The translations under genes and the position numbers were made by a program. A stretch of 42,628 nucleotides of DNA, from positions 1 to 42,628 of the forward strand of contig NKIB01014556.1 in the NCBI GenBank assembly GCA_002256025.1. Direction: 5' to 3'. Source of the stretch: Asterionella formosa. Lineage: Eukaryota. Positions 11,835-23,727 of the stretch are shown here, piece by piece. Position 1 is the first letter of the stretch. Each line of letters starts with the position of its first letter. The notes below the pieces were generated by a model, which was not told the origin of the DNA, did not search any database, and saw only the letters and a list, made by a program, of their open reading frames with translations.

Positions 11835-12158
11835 AGCAACCTCATTGAGATGCCAGCACCCTGAATTATACTGTACACTTTCAATAGAATAACTATCATT
11901 CCATATATGTTCTACAGTTGTTACATGAACATGGACCACCATGCCAGATATTTAATGGTTCCAATCATCCAAACAAGCATACCATTGTTTTCTTCCTTTG
12001 GATCATTGTTCTACTGTTATATCCTATTTTGTAAGTATGTAGAGAATAGGTTGTTTAAAGAAAACTAAATCGTTCCTCATGCATATGCATTTTTTCGAGA
12101 TGTGACCATGAGTGAAGATCGAAAAAGCCGAAAAACGAAATATTTTCTGCAACATTTA

Positions 12159-13546
12159 GGGTCGTTCTTATCATTCCGAATTTGCTGTATCATTTCCGGG
12201 TTGCGAGCAAAAAGTGACGGTTGGTATCAAAACACGGTATCAGCAACGGTAACTTGATGGTATTAATTTTGTATCATTGATACAAAATTGATACCTGTTT
12301 TTGCACCCTCCAAAAACGGTATCAGTGATACTGACGTTTTCATGCGCGTATCATTTCCGTTGTCACTAATAAAATAACCGAAAATAAGCCTGCAAGGCAA
12401 GGCACCAGTGATAATATAAATGGCATATACTATTCCTTCAATTTTATGCTGGCTGCGTACATCGTCCAAGCAACACCATTGATACAATTATACAGCACCA
12501 GACAGAAAGTTATACTTGGCGATCTTATAACTCCCAAGTGTTTTTGTGTATTTGTTACTACAGATCAGTCATTTGAATCTCCCTGAAGATACTACAAGCA
12601 AGGCAAATGGAACCGCATAGTATGGAACCAGTCACACAAACGCAAACAGCAACTGTTGATGTGGAGACCACTGTATGTCAAGATCGACCCACCACCTTCA
12701 ACGATACAATGCAGTCTCTTGCTACAGATACTGAAGTCGATCGATTTGTTGACTCCCTCATACTCCCTGATGACTTTGTGCTTGGTAGTGAAAGGACAAA
12801 GGTTATTTTCATCAAAGGTGTTGCAATGAAGCAGATCTCGGTCAAGGTTCTCCGAAAAATTTGCGTCAGATACAAAGTTTCTGGATACAAAAATGCGAGG
12901 AAGGCTTTCACTGTTGCTTTGATTGCTCGACTTTTGAAGAGAGAAAGCTTGTCACAGAGGATATACCCTAGATCTTTCATTGTTCATGGTCATCGTAATC
13001 AAAGAATTGATGGTTGTTTTCATTATCAAAAAATTGATTACTGATGACATCATTACCATCATCATCATTGCCATCGTTGATATTCACGGCACCTTCTTCA
13101 GTCCAATGTTGATCCACTTGTTCGTCATTGTGCACTGACAATGATGACATGGTGCTGATTGCTTGTAAACTTGAAAGGGGATGATGGCAAGCGGAAGTGT
13201 AAGAAGAAGTGTATAGAGGATCTTGCATGTCTGTGTTGACTCATGGCAAATCAAGAATTAAGCAGGTATGTCAGCTACATATTCCATACTGCTACATAAT
13301 ACGCGTAGTTTTCCTACATGGTTTTAGTAATGGAAAATTATCGAACTAGTCTGGAGGGAAGCCTGGAGGGATATGCACATGATTGTAGCCAGCCCGTAAC
13401 CGTTGAATTTTCGTGATACTTTTTGGGTGATACAATTTCATTTTTATTTTTGTGGAGAATGGATTTTTTCGGTTTAAATCGAGTAGCCATTACATGATAC
13501 TTTTTCAACAAAAATGATACCAAATCGAAAATGATAAGAACGACCC
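12159..13546. mobile_element. Non-autonomous PIF/Harbinger DNA transposon
   Basis: Perfect 17-bp TIR GGGTCGTTCTTATCATT / AATGATAAGAACGACCC, extending imperfectly inward. 3-bp TSD TTA at 12156-12158 and 13547-13549. Many internal GTATCA/TGATAC subterminal motifs. No DDE transposase visible. Confidence 0.88.
12607..13044 (+). pseudogene. Truncated ORF in the Harbinger element; putative accessory DNA-binding protein N-terminus
   Basis: Basic helical segment IKGVAMKQISVKVLRKICVRYKVSGYKNARK resembles SAP/HeH motifs. The sequence character changes abruptly near 12975. Confidence 0.45.
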
Positions 13547-14723
13547 TTAGTTTCCAATTTTTTTATTATATGCATTTATATGTATCATGGATCTGTATCT
13601 TTGAGGAAGCCACACAATAGGGCAATTGAGCCGGAGAAAATCGTACTAGTCAAAATGGCCCTGGAGACATTTGAATTATCGATGCAACTATGTGTTATTG
13701 GATGTAGGAAGGACCGGTACCTGGTACCGGCAGTAAGCAATAAAAAGCCTTATTTACATACTATGTACTGGTCATGCTATAGGGTTCACTACAACCACAT
13801 CGAGTGTACCGGTAATGAAGTACATGGTATACATGTTTAAGCAATATGTGTATCAGGTACCTGGTATCCAATTCTCGACCACCTCCCTCGACGACAATTT
13901 TTTGTGACCCACCACAGACAGCAAAAAAACGCACTGTATCACGCAATGGAACGATTAAGCAATGACTTGTAAATACGATGCTTTTATTTTCTTAGCTCTA
14001 TGTTCCTCCAATGAGATTTCGAGCATCTTTTCTATTGGCAGCTGATGAGCATTCGAAATACATAGGTCTGGTTTGCCAATATCAACTCCCGTTCGGTCAC
14101 AACTAATATATTGACTTTTATATTTTAAATAAGAGCCAGACTTTTGGGCATAAAATGTAGCGGTAATCCTGAGCGATGTCCCCGCATCATGTCTACCGGT
14201 ATACAAGTTTGTATTAACTTCTACGAGGGAGTACGTTGCCGTACCTTGTAGCAGGGTACCAGGTACCCTGGCACCTCGTACCTGGTACCAGTTAGACTGC
14301 CCTGGTACCAGGTACCTGGTAGTTAGAGGTGGGTAAAGGCCATGTACATCGAGGAATTGGTCGGATGTACAGTACTCCCAAAAAGGTACCTGGTACTCCT
14401 ACATCACAGCAACGAATTACCAGGTACCAGTAAATATGTGACCCTGCATATAGTAGGAGCAAGGAACAAAACAGTTTTCGATGCTTGATCCAACAGCTAT
14501 CTATATACCATATGTCCTTGCTGTCGTTTTGTCGCTGCTGGTGATGATATGACCAACAAATGATCTATTGTTGGCGTAGATTTCTACAGGAGATCATTCG
14601 TCTGATCCGTTGCTCGTTGTGCCGCTACATCTTTCCCGACATACCAGTACGTGGCAACAACACAACTCTCATTACAACGATGAACAGCACTGAACTGAAT
14701 TTCTGTCACAATACAGTCTTAAA

Positions 14724-15272
14724 ATGATCTCTGACGCTACTTCTCACTCTCTCACTTCCACAGAGGCTTCTGTCTTGTCTAGCTCCCAGGAGAAGGAGTT
14801 GGATGCACCTGTGCGTGGTTACAAACGCTTATTGTCAAGTATTAGTGATGGTGATGGTGACGGCGACGGTGACGGTGACGGTGACGATTATTCTCATCCT
14901 ACCACGCGTCACATGTCAACTGACGACAAGAAGTTGAAGCGTATCATGGCCAACCGCAGGTCTGCTCGTGAGAGCCGTGAACGCCGTAGAAGTCTATTGT
15001 CCAACTTGGAGTCATCCGTCGAGATACTCTCCAAAGAGAACGCCTCGTTGGTCCGTGAAAATGGAGAGTTGCGAAAGCAACTAGCTCGTCTCCTTCCTCA
15101 ATCTAATCTAGGCATGTTTTATCAGCAGAACATGCAGCACATGCAGCCCCAAGGTCTTTCCTCGCTCTACGCGAACCGAATGCGTCCTAACGCACAACAA
15201 ACTGCTCAGTTCATTCAGCTTCAAAAGGAGCAACAAATTTTGGAGGTAATGAGACGACGACAAGGGTTCTGA
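14724..15272 (+). CDS. bZIP transcription factor, 182 aa, single exon
   Basis: KKLKRIMANRRSARESRERRR basic region, heptad leucines (LESSVEILSKENASLVRENGELRKQL), a (DG)n tract and a Q-rich C-terminus. Confidence 0.93.
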   Translation: MISDATSHSLTSTEASVLSSSQEKELDAPVRGYKRLLSSISDGDGDGDGDGDGDDYSHPTTRHMSTDDKKLKRIMANRRSARESRERRRSLLSNLESSVEILSKENASLVRENGELRKQLARLLPQSNLGMFYQQNMQHMQPQGLSSLYANRMRPNAQQTAQFIQLQKEQQILEVMRRRQGF

Positions 15273-16603
15273 GCGATACTTTCCAATTGTGTCCAGACAC
15301 AGTCCACTTCTGAAATAATTTTATTTCTTTTTTTCTCCAACTCGGTCATCTTTGCAATTTAGGGACCTTTCTGAAACTTACTACTAATCCATGATTCCTT
15401 CATGAATTGCACACGAGTTCTGTGCATCCCTTACATAAACAAATTTTAAATGTGCGCCGGCCGGTACCAGGTAGTCTATCTTTCTTGGTTTCATGTTCTT
15501 AGTTTCAACGTTACAATACATATAACTATAGTAAAAATAGAATACACCGGCATAGGCGGTTTAGGTGTATTTTGAGCAGAAATGTGCTCCGAAGAGTTCT
15601 TTTTGCGTGCAAATATTAAAAACACTTGTTAGAATGCACACAAACATATTTGAAACAGAATTGGATAAAGAAGTTAATACAGAAATAAGATCAACAGGAT
15701 GTGTGTTAGTTGAAACAGGCAAGAAGATTGGAAACCCTACCATTGCTTTGTCAAGTATCAGAATGGCTGATGCTACCTGTGAATGCAAAGTGACAAGTGC
15801 CAGCAAATCCCTTTCAGTATCAATTTGCTTCTGTGGTGATTTGAGAAACTTGTTTCTTCCCCAAGCTCTTTGATTGTCATTCGATCACATTTTTGTAGCA
15901 GTTCTTGATCATTTTGTAATCATTGGATCATGCATCACAATTGAAATTTTCAAAAATTCTATACTCTCAAATCATGCCCCATTAGTATGATTAAATGGTA
16001 AGTCCAGAAAGTCATCTTACAAGATTAGATTCTATGTTAGTTCATCATACTGTTTTGATGTGGCATCGTAATGGGATAGATGAAGAAAACCAATGGCCAC
16101 CAATCCTGGCAAATGAGATTGCCCACAATGGACAGGATAAAATATTTCTTTACATTGGCAACAAAGACCACCTCGAGAGTGGCTGGTACCTGTAAAAATG
16201 TTTCAAATAAATTTCAATCTGGTCAGGAGGGTCCCCCAAGGAGGACAGAGACACTGACATCACAAATTGCATGGCCACCTGACTCGACTGTTTGCAAAGA
16301 GTGAAAAAGGGGAAGAAGAGCTCTGGCAGGTGAGCTCATCATGACATCAAGAGCTTTTCTCTGCCTTTCTTAGGAAATTGGGTATGCCAAACCTCCAACT
16401 TCCACCGCTACATGCATAAATGCAGGCATTTGTTGGGCTCACCTTCACTGACACTGTAGCCAAGGGGCATCATGCAACCTATTCTATCACAATATTATTG
16501 TTTTAACATGACTGAAAAATGAAATTATCTATGCATTTCTCTACATTGGCCTGACATGCTACAAGAAATGATTCAACCCCTGGATTTTACATTTTGAAGG
16601 CGC

Positions 16604-16607
16604 GGGG

Positions 16608-16667
<60 letters not shown>

Positions 16668-16739
16668 GGGGGGGGGTNNNNNNNNNNAAAAAAAATTATA
16701 AAACCCCCGTTTTTTCAATTTTTACCCCCCCCCCCCCCC
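16604..16739. other. Poly-G / N gap / poly-C tract, probable assembly artefact
   Basis: N run at 16678-16687 flanked by homopolymers. Confidence 0.85.
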
Positions 16740-16937
16740 AATTGTAAAAGCAAATACTAATGAGATGGAAACAAAAAAAATTATTAACAAGTAAACTGTA
16801 GATACGCCCCGCCCCATACTGTCAAGTATCATGTTGCTATAAGTGACGGAGACAAGCAACAAGAGTTTAAGGCATGCTAACAACTGAGGCAACAATGCCA
16901 AAGGGGAAGGGCAGAAGCTCACACTTTCGCATTGATG

Positions 16938-19147
16938 CTATGGGCCTGAATCATCGTCCATCGAATACTCTGTCAGACCAGATACGACAGAAATGTCGCC
17001 CAATGAAACTCGGCGTCCGTGCCCTGTGAAATAGCGACGGTTTTTGAATGTCTTAGTTGCCAGCATCGCTTCCACTTCATCATAGATACAGCCTAGGGCT
17101 ACCAAATTTGTGGAAGGGTTATCATCAGTTGCCCCATCAATCCAATAAGTGAACATCTGTCCCTTGCCTTTCATGTCAATCAATCCTCGAGGAATAAAGT
17201 TAAACTGCTTCTTGTCATGATTGGAGAAATGAGCAATCTTCCCGTAAGTGATGCTACTGCAATGAATTTGACCAGGCAAACCCGTGCTTTCATGGCGAGA
17301 AGTAGTGTTGACCATGTCACCAAAAACACAAAAGCGGGGTGCAGCATTACCAATAACTCCGGCAGAACATTCGCCACTATTGATCCCAATTCGAAGTTGG
17401 ATGGGTTGACCATCTAGTGGTGATAACACTAGCTTACAGCAATGCAACACGGCAATGGCAAAATTCGCTATCAATTCTGCGTTGTCGTCGTTTGCGTTGG
17501 GCAAACCACAGGCACAAATGTATGCATCTCCAATCGTTTCAACTAGAAAATGCGCAGAAAGGATCAGAAAAATATTTCACCATAAGACCAGAGTGGTCAG
17601 CGATTTTGAACTCACCTTTATAAATCTGGAATTTCTCGGCAAGGAAGTCCATCACACAGTATAAGCGGTTCAATAAATCGACGACGTCCATGGGTGCAAT
17701 GCCAGTGCATCTACGCATGGTGAAAAAGATTAGAAACAACCATGATAAACGAAACTCGCCGTAGCAACCTTATGACAACTTACATGGTGGTAAACCCCAC
17801 AATGTCAGAGAAAAACATTGTCACGTCCCGGTAGAGCTCAGGCTCAACAACCTTTCCAGCTCGAAGGTCATCAGCAACCATTCTAGGAAGCATTGAATAA
17901 AGAAGGTTGTTAGAGACATCCTTCTCTCTCTCTAGATTCTTGCTTAACTTGTCGAGCTTGAAAGCCGCCTTCACTTCGGCGACTATGTGTTCCCCAAGAA
18001 ATACAGCGTCGCGTTGAAAGCTGTGGAGGGGCAAGTCCGACATTGTCAACCCCATTTTAGTTAATTCAGCGACATTTTGAACGTCAGGGGACAGAAAGAA
18101 GACCACCCGATAAGGATCTTGAGAAAGCTTGATCATGTTTCCCTTTAGAGCAACTTTGTTGATGCTTGACTGCAAAAAGAACGTCTGGTCTTCGAGTTTC
18201 CGGAGAGCATGCCATTCCCAGATTCCATGGAGAGGCTTAGTAATCTCCATTACTTCACTAATCTTTTTACCAACGAGATCACTCTTGTCTACCTTAAATA
18301 GATTTGGTAACGCCTTCCCGATTTGCAAGATGACAAAATCCTTGTCGACGCAGACATGAAAAGGAAAAATTTCCTTCATTTGATCCCCCGATATTGAAAC
18401 TTGATATTCACCACCGTTGCGTTCTATTGCTGTCTGAGCCACTTCATTTCCACAAACAGTATCCTCTGTGATTGCTCCGCTGAAAGGGCATCGCGCACCG
18501 CTTGGAATGTCTGTTTTGGTAAATTTTGGAACACCAGAAGCCCATTCCCTAACGGTGATCTTCCACTGTTCTGATTCGTCCACTGCTGAAATGCGGAAAC
18601 TAGTGAATGCTGCTCCTTCAACGTCCTGCTTCTGGAGCTGCACCATGTTGATGGCGACATCAAAGTGAAATCGTGCGACTTCCTTGACGAGTCCTAGAAC
18701 AATTGGCACAAGTAGATTGCCTCGCTTAGAAAAATAATGAAGGATAATAGAGCCTTCGATATCTTCGTCGTCCTCGCACCAGAATACCGGCTTGATCATA
18801 CCACGAGGAAAGGCTGATTCCAAATGATCATGCAATGCATTAATATTGCTTAACCAAGTTCGTAGGGTAGATCCTTGACAATTCAACAATTTTTCAAAGC
18901 CTTCTGCTCTTGTAAACTCCATGAAATAAACACCAAATGCCTCTAGTACATCGTCAACCGAAATATCCAACACTTCACTGGCAGCAACAACAAGTGCAAC
19001 AGTAGATTCGTCGGAGTATCGCTCGTGACGGATAAAGCCGCCGTCCTTCACAATACATCCTGCTTTTTCTTTTACGGCATGCCAAGTCTCCACTCCAAAC
19101 TTGGAAATGACCAGTTTTTCGGTGCAGTCATTGATCCAGCCAAACAT
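16938..19147 (-). CDS. Soluble guanylate cyclase beta-like protein (H-NOX/HNOB, HNOBA, coiled coil, class III cyclase); exons 19147-17784, 17710-17616, 17542-16938, ~687 aa
   Basis: MFGWIN start, heme-ligand motif NALHDHL, YFSKR (YxSxR), IFPFH, LTMSDLPLH, LLYSMLPRMVADDL, FSDIVGF, YKVETIGDAY (across intron 2), RIGINSG and PRFCVFGDMVNTTSRHES. Both GT-AG introns keep the frame. Confidence 0.95.
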
Positions 19148-19595
19148 CGCCCTACTTGCGATACGAAAGACTTGGATTCAATCACGACCCGCTGTTTTGG
19201 TTCGCTCGCTTAGGAAAGCTCTAAGGCTTTGATGTGCTGCAATTGTATTTCGCTTGAAGCTGCTGGTCTCTCCAATGAAGTTTGATTTCGGAATTCGACT
19301 AACATGCAATCGACGTTGAACCACAATTGTGGCTTGCAATCAGTTGTGTCAATGAGTCAACAACGACCAGAAGGCAAGCCTGCAGGGGAGGATTTATTTA
19401 CGGGCACATGTAAGCCAGATAGAATTACCGGTGTACGTACTGGTACCAGGGTACCTGGCACCAGGTACCAGGTACCGGTGGTGGAAGGATGAGCTTTCCT
19501 TGTATGTATTGGATGTACATAACAGGTTTGTTGGTGACGCAACTTGTCGACGTGGCCTTCTGTTTGTTATGATAATCCTGTGTAATTGTCTATAT

Positions 19596-19800
19596 CTCCA
19601 AGTTCCGGTACCAGGTAAGCAATTTTGCTGAAATTGATAACGTGACGTAGGACAGACGCTCAAAACGACAAAATAGAGAACGTCATCAACTCTCTCTGTG
19701 AATGGACAGTATCTTTAACTCCAAGTTGCGGTAATTTTGCTGAAATGGACAACGTGACACAGGACAGGCGCTCAAAACGACCAAATAGAGAATGTCATCA
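19596..19800. repeat. Tandem duplication of an ~82-bp unit (19596-19688, 19719-19800)
   Basis: CTCCAAGTT.CGGT...AATTTTGCTGAAAT.GA.AACGTGAC..AGGACAG.CGCTCAAAACGAC.AAATAGAGAA.GTCATCA occurs twice; copy 1 has 11 extra nt. Confidence 0.85.
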
Positions 19801-20267
19801 TCAGACATATAACTAACATTTAGTACCCCGATTTTCGTAGAAATGTTTTTTTTTTCGGCCTTAGTCCAAATTTGTTTCATTCATTCCCTCATGTGCTGCC
19901 AAGCTAAGAAGGTTGGAAGAAAGGCGCTTAAAACTTCTGGGGAGCTTGGCTGAAAGAATTGGGCCTGGTGACCACCAACTGGAATCAGGCTCTCATGAGT
20001 CAGAATTATTGACAGATTCATCTCTCATGCCAACGAATCAAAATAGGGCTTCAAGTACTGAGTACCAATGTTAACTGCTATTGGTACTCAGTTCTGGAAC
20101 CAACTAAGTATGGATTGTACTGGCCTGTTGTTTTGTACTACATTCAGAGCATTGTAGCAACAACTGCATGGCAACCCATCGGTCCCATGCTTGTTCCACC
20201 TAAAAAGAGCTCTTGGATCCCTCAAGTGTCATTGAAAGCTCCATATGACGTTTATCTCCTTCTCGGT

Positions 20268-20800
20268 TCATCTTCTAGAATGGCTTCTGTTACTGATTTC
20301 ACTCCATCTGGCCCTAATTGGCCGGTTTCCAGTCAAATACAGTTTGGTCACTGCGCACCCTCTCCTGATCCCATCAGCCAACACCATGGCTCCTTCTTCC
20401 TGCATGTGATTCCCTGCCAAGTAGAGCGTATGCAGGGCATGTCCAAACAAAGCACGTGCCTATGATCGAATCCCATCATCGCCAACTTGGTTGAATCCAA
20501 GATCCAATGATCCCAAAGCGCGGTGTGCTGAAATCCCGACAGCCAATGTATTAAAACATACCTTCGTTGCCCAAGTTGTTGTAACCTGGTTTGAGAATGG
20601 AAAGATTTTAATTCTGCAGCAGGGCCACTTTGACTAGGAAGCGTGCGTCCGATGACTGCAATCCTCGGCTCCCTGTGATAATCAATCTGCCAATCGTGAG
20701 TACGGATGGAGTATTTGAAGGAAAAAGCGCCAAGGAGTTGGAACAACTGAGCCACAGCACAGCGCAAGATAGCAACATGCACTCGGGGAGCTTGTACCAG
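20268..20800 (-). pseudogene. Ribonuclease-inhibitor-type leucine-rich-repeat gene remnant
   Basis: LRR units LLQN*NLSILKPGYNNLGNEG, LGSLDLGFNQVGDDGIRS*, LHTLYLAGNHMQEEGAMVLA and VTKLYLTGN, with stops and frameshifts. Boundaries approximate. Confidence 0.75.
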
Positions 20801-22439
20801 TACTTAACTTGGTCAGCTAGTATTGTTGCATGAGTGCTTCTGATAAGCGCTGAAGGACACTCTCTCGAGTCGGCGTTGCTTTGGCTGTTATAGTGCGAGT
20901 TCAATTTGCCAATTTTACATCGACAATGCGCACTTACTTCAGCCTACAACGGCGATGTTTATGGTTGCGTCAATTTGGTGCATGAGGATGGCGAAAACTC
21001 TTTTCACTGTCATTTCTTGGCCGATTCATACCTTCTCGGCATATGAGTTGTCTTTCGCAATGATTTATCCTCTAAAACAATTTTATCTTGAACTTTTAAG
21101 ATATGTAGTCGTAACATCAACAAGTTTTGTATTGGAAATCACTGTATGAATCTGAACCATCATGTGAAAACCTCGAAGAGAAGTCTTGTTCACTATAATA
21201 GTTCTTTTTATTTACGTAAAGTGCACAACTATAAACTGTAGATTGTCCATGCATGAAATAAGACACTACAAATATCCTTACTATTTCACAAATAAAGATG
21301 CGTGTAGTAAATGAATCAGCCACGAGAGCAGGATATTAGTTGAACTTTGAAATGAATTATTTGAAACATCAAATAATTCAGTCTCAAGTTCAAACTTCAT
21401 TGTGAAAACTTCACATGAAACCGTTAAAAGTAACCTTTTTACGGGAAGAGTGGCATTAATTCATGTCGAGTACCCCATCATTAACACTCGTACGTAAATG
21501 AAATTTCGAAAATTGGCGTATTTTGCGGCTTAGATGTACCGGTACTAGGAACCAGCATCACCAAGCAAAAAGACAAGAACTTGGCTGCACATACATATGT
21601 GGTCTCTGACAATAGACACTCGTACCTGGTGTACCAGTAGCTGGTACACCAGGTCTGGAGTACCAGGTAGCCTTGACAACCAATGTTAAAATTGCTCAAA
21701 ACTAAATGGGAATGAGTGCCCTGAAGGATCCATCAACTAATTAAATTAGTCCAAATGTTACATCCCAAATGCGGAAACGAGCAATGTGAAAGAAAATTTC
21801 GTAATCAGAATCATCCTATTTCTATGTGTAAAGTCTCTAACATTTTCGTATCTCCTTCTATGCTGACGTTATTGTAGATCTAGTATGTGAGAATTAAAAA
21901 TGTCAATGAGACCAAGTAGAATGTCTTTCTTGTTTATGAGTGGATTGGCAAGGTTGTAATGCTGGTCAATGGAATGGATGTACTATGTGCGCTGTGTGCT
22001 GAACCATTCCGATTTCATATGATTTCTTCTCTGTAAACTCTTAATTGAATGATTATGAACAAAGGGTGCACTGCACATGATGATTACTCAAAGATGTAAT
22101 GATCACTTGAGCAACAATTGAAGAAGTTATCTTAGACAATGATTCCTCTCGTCATTGCTAGTATTTTTTTGCTGTCGCAAAAATCGGAGTGAGGACTGAT
22201 GAAGATGATGAGCCAAAGTACATTACCTTAGCTGTTACATTATCCTACCAAGAAATGTAAATAAAGGAACCTAATAGAAACAATACATATAATAATTAAA
22301 TATACATAGTCAAAAGGGTTACTATTTAATTTACGATGGCATTTATCATACTTATTACATGATGCATCAAAAAATTATGATCTGATGATCATAATCCTAT
22401 GATGCATCCTCATAGGAATATGATGGTTATTATTTTGCA

Positions 22440-23313
22440 GATGTACCTACACAGATCGATCAACAGACCCCTAATTCTGGAGGCAAGCAACAACAAAAAA
22501 ATTCTGGAGGCAAGCAACAACAAAATTATCAAATGGTGGGTGGACGCATCCTTCACGGTTCGGAGTCATACCGGTGGAGCCATGTCGATGGTCAAAGGTG
22601 TCATTTATGGCACTTGCTTCCACACAACAAAAACTGAGCACAAAAAGCTCGGACTGAAGGGAGCTGGTTGGTGTCAATGACATTATGCCCCAGTTGTTGT
22701 GGACCAGTTATTTTATAGAGGCACAGGGATATCACGTGCAGGAATCTATTCTATACCAGGACAACCAAAGCACTATGTTGCTAGCGATGAAAGGAACAGC
22801 TTCAAGTAGCCGTCGAACATGCAACATTAAATTTCGATAGTTCTTTGTGGCAGACTGGGTTGCATCAGGGGAGGTGAAAATAGAATACTTCCCAACTGCG
22901 CAATTTCTGGCCTATTATTTTACAAAGCCCCTGCAAGGGAATCTTTTTCTCAAGATGCGAAATCTGATCATGAATGTTAATCCTGCATCGGACTACACTT
23001 ATGCCATGCAGAATTATTGGAGTGTGTTAAATATGTGTAATGGACAAATTAGAAATGACCACATTGGCCATCATGCCAATATTGGTAACAACCACGCCAG
23101 CCATGCCAACGTGCAAACTAACAGACAAGTTTAGACTAGGGTTGAACCAAAGAAGATTTCAAGAAAAGGAATAGAATGCTTGGTGCCATTGAAACTGGCT
23201 CATTCTAATTTAATTATCCTGTTTTACAAACAATAGCCTCCCAGTGTCCTCTCTCCACCAGATCTGTGGTTTTATTGACATGGAGGTGTATTTTAGAAAT
23301 TGTGGTTTCAACA
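22440..23313 (+). mobile_element. 5'-truncated Copia remnant: RNase H plus putative 3' LTR (23025-23313)
   Basis: WWVDASF..SHTGG, ELVGVNDIMPQLLW, YQDNQS and YFTKPLQG, followed by GGAGTG then TGTTAAA...TTTCAACA. A ~27-bp tandem duplication lies at ~22473-22526. Confidence 0.85.
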
Positions 23314-23727
23314 TTATGTATTAACCAAATAGGAGAGCATCGTTCTCAATTTTCCTAGAGCTTTCTGCTATTTTCATGAAGGTCAAGGCTGAGAGTCGAC
23401 ACTGTTAATATCTGAGTACCTGGTACCGGCATGATGCATGATGCTTCAGTCGATAACAACCACTCTAGTGTTTTATATGCATAAATGAATCGCATTGTCT
23501 CAACTAAATAATACTGGTGCCAGGTACCACCGATATACCGGGATCAGCGCTGCCTTATTTTAAGAGGGCCAACAGAATTTCCGCACGTTAATTTGTCCAT
23601 GGCTGGTCTAGGAAATTATTGGGAGTCAGAAAAATGTACAGGGCAAGGGTCCAGCAACTAACATACCGGTATTGATAGGTCCAGGACACTGAAGTTCAGT
23701 AAACGGCATGAATATAAATGTATCGGT

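Larger units (their letters stand above)
9480..11870 (+). mobile_element. pogo/Tigger-type (Tc1/mariner superfamily) DNA transposon, decayed
   Basis: Inverted ends TATAATTCAGAGTTCTG (9480-9496) and CAGCACCCTGAATTATA (11854-11870) match at 15/17, with a terminal TA. There is a subterminal G-run on the left and a C-run on the right. The element encloses a DDE_1 transposase remnant and spans an N gap, so the right end is less certain. Confidence 0.65.

Noticed and set aside
11589..11942. Poly-Pro / poly-Gly ORFs
   Set aside because: These are translations of homopolymer runs around an N gap, probably a sequencing or scaffolding artefact.
14724..15272. Aureochrome
   Set aside because: No LOV domain (GxNCRFLQ) follows the bZIP.
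15561..16560. Short ORFs between the bZIP and the second gap
   Set aside because: No recognisable motif in any frame; probably a decayed repeat that I cannot classify.
16604..16922. G-quadruplex-like poly-G tract and the adjacent hydrophobic ORF
   Set aside because: The tract abuts Ns and low-quality-looking sequence, so its length cannot be trusted.
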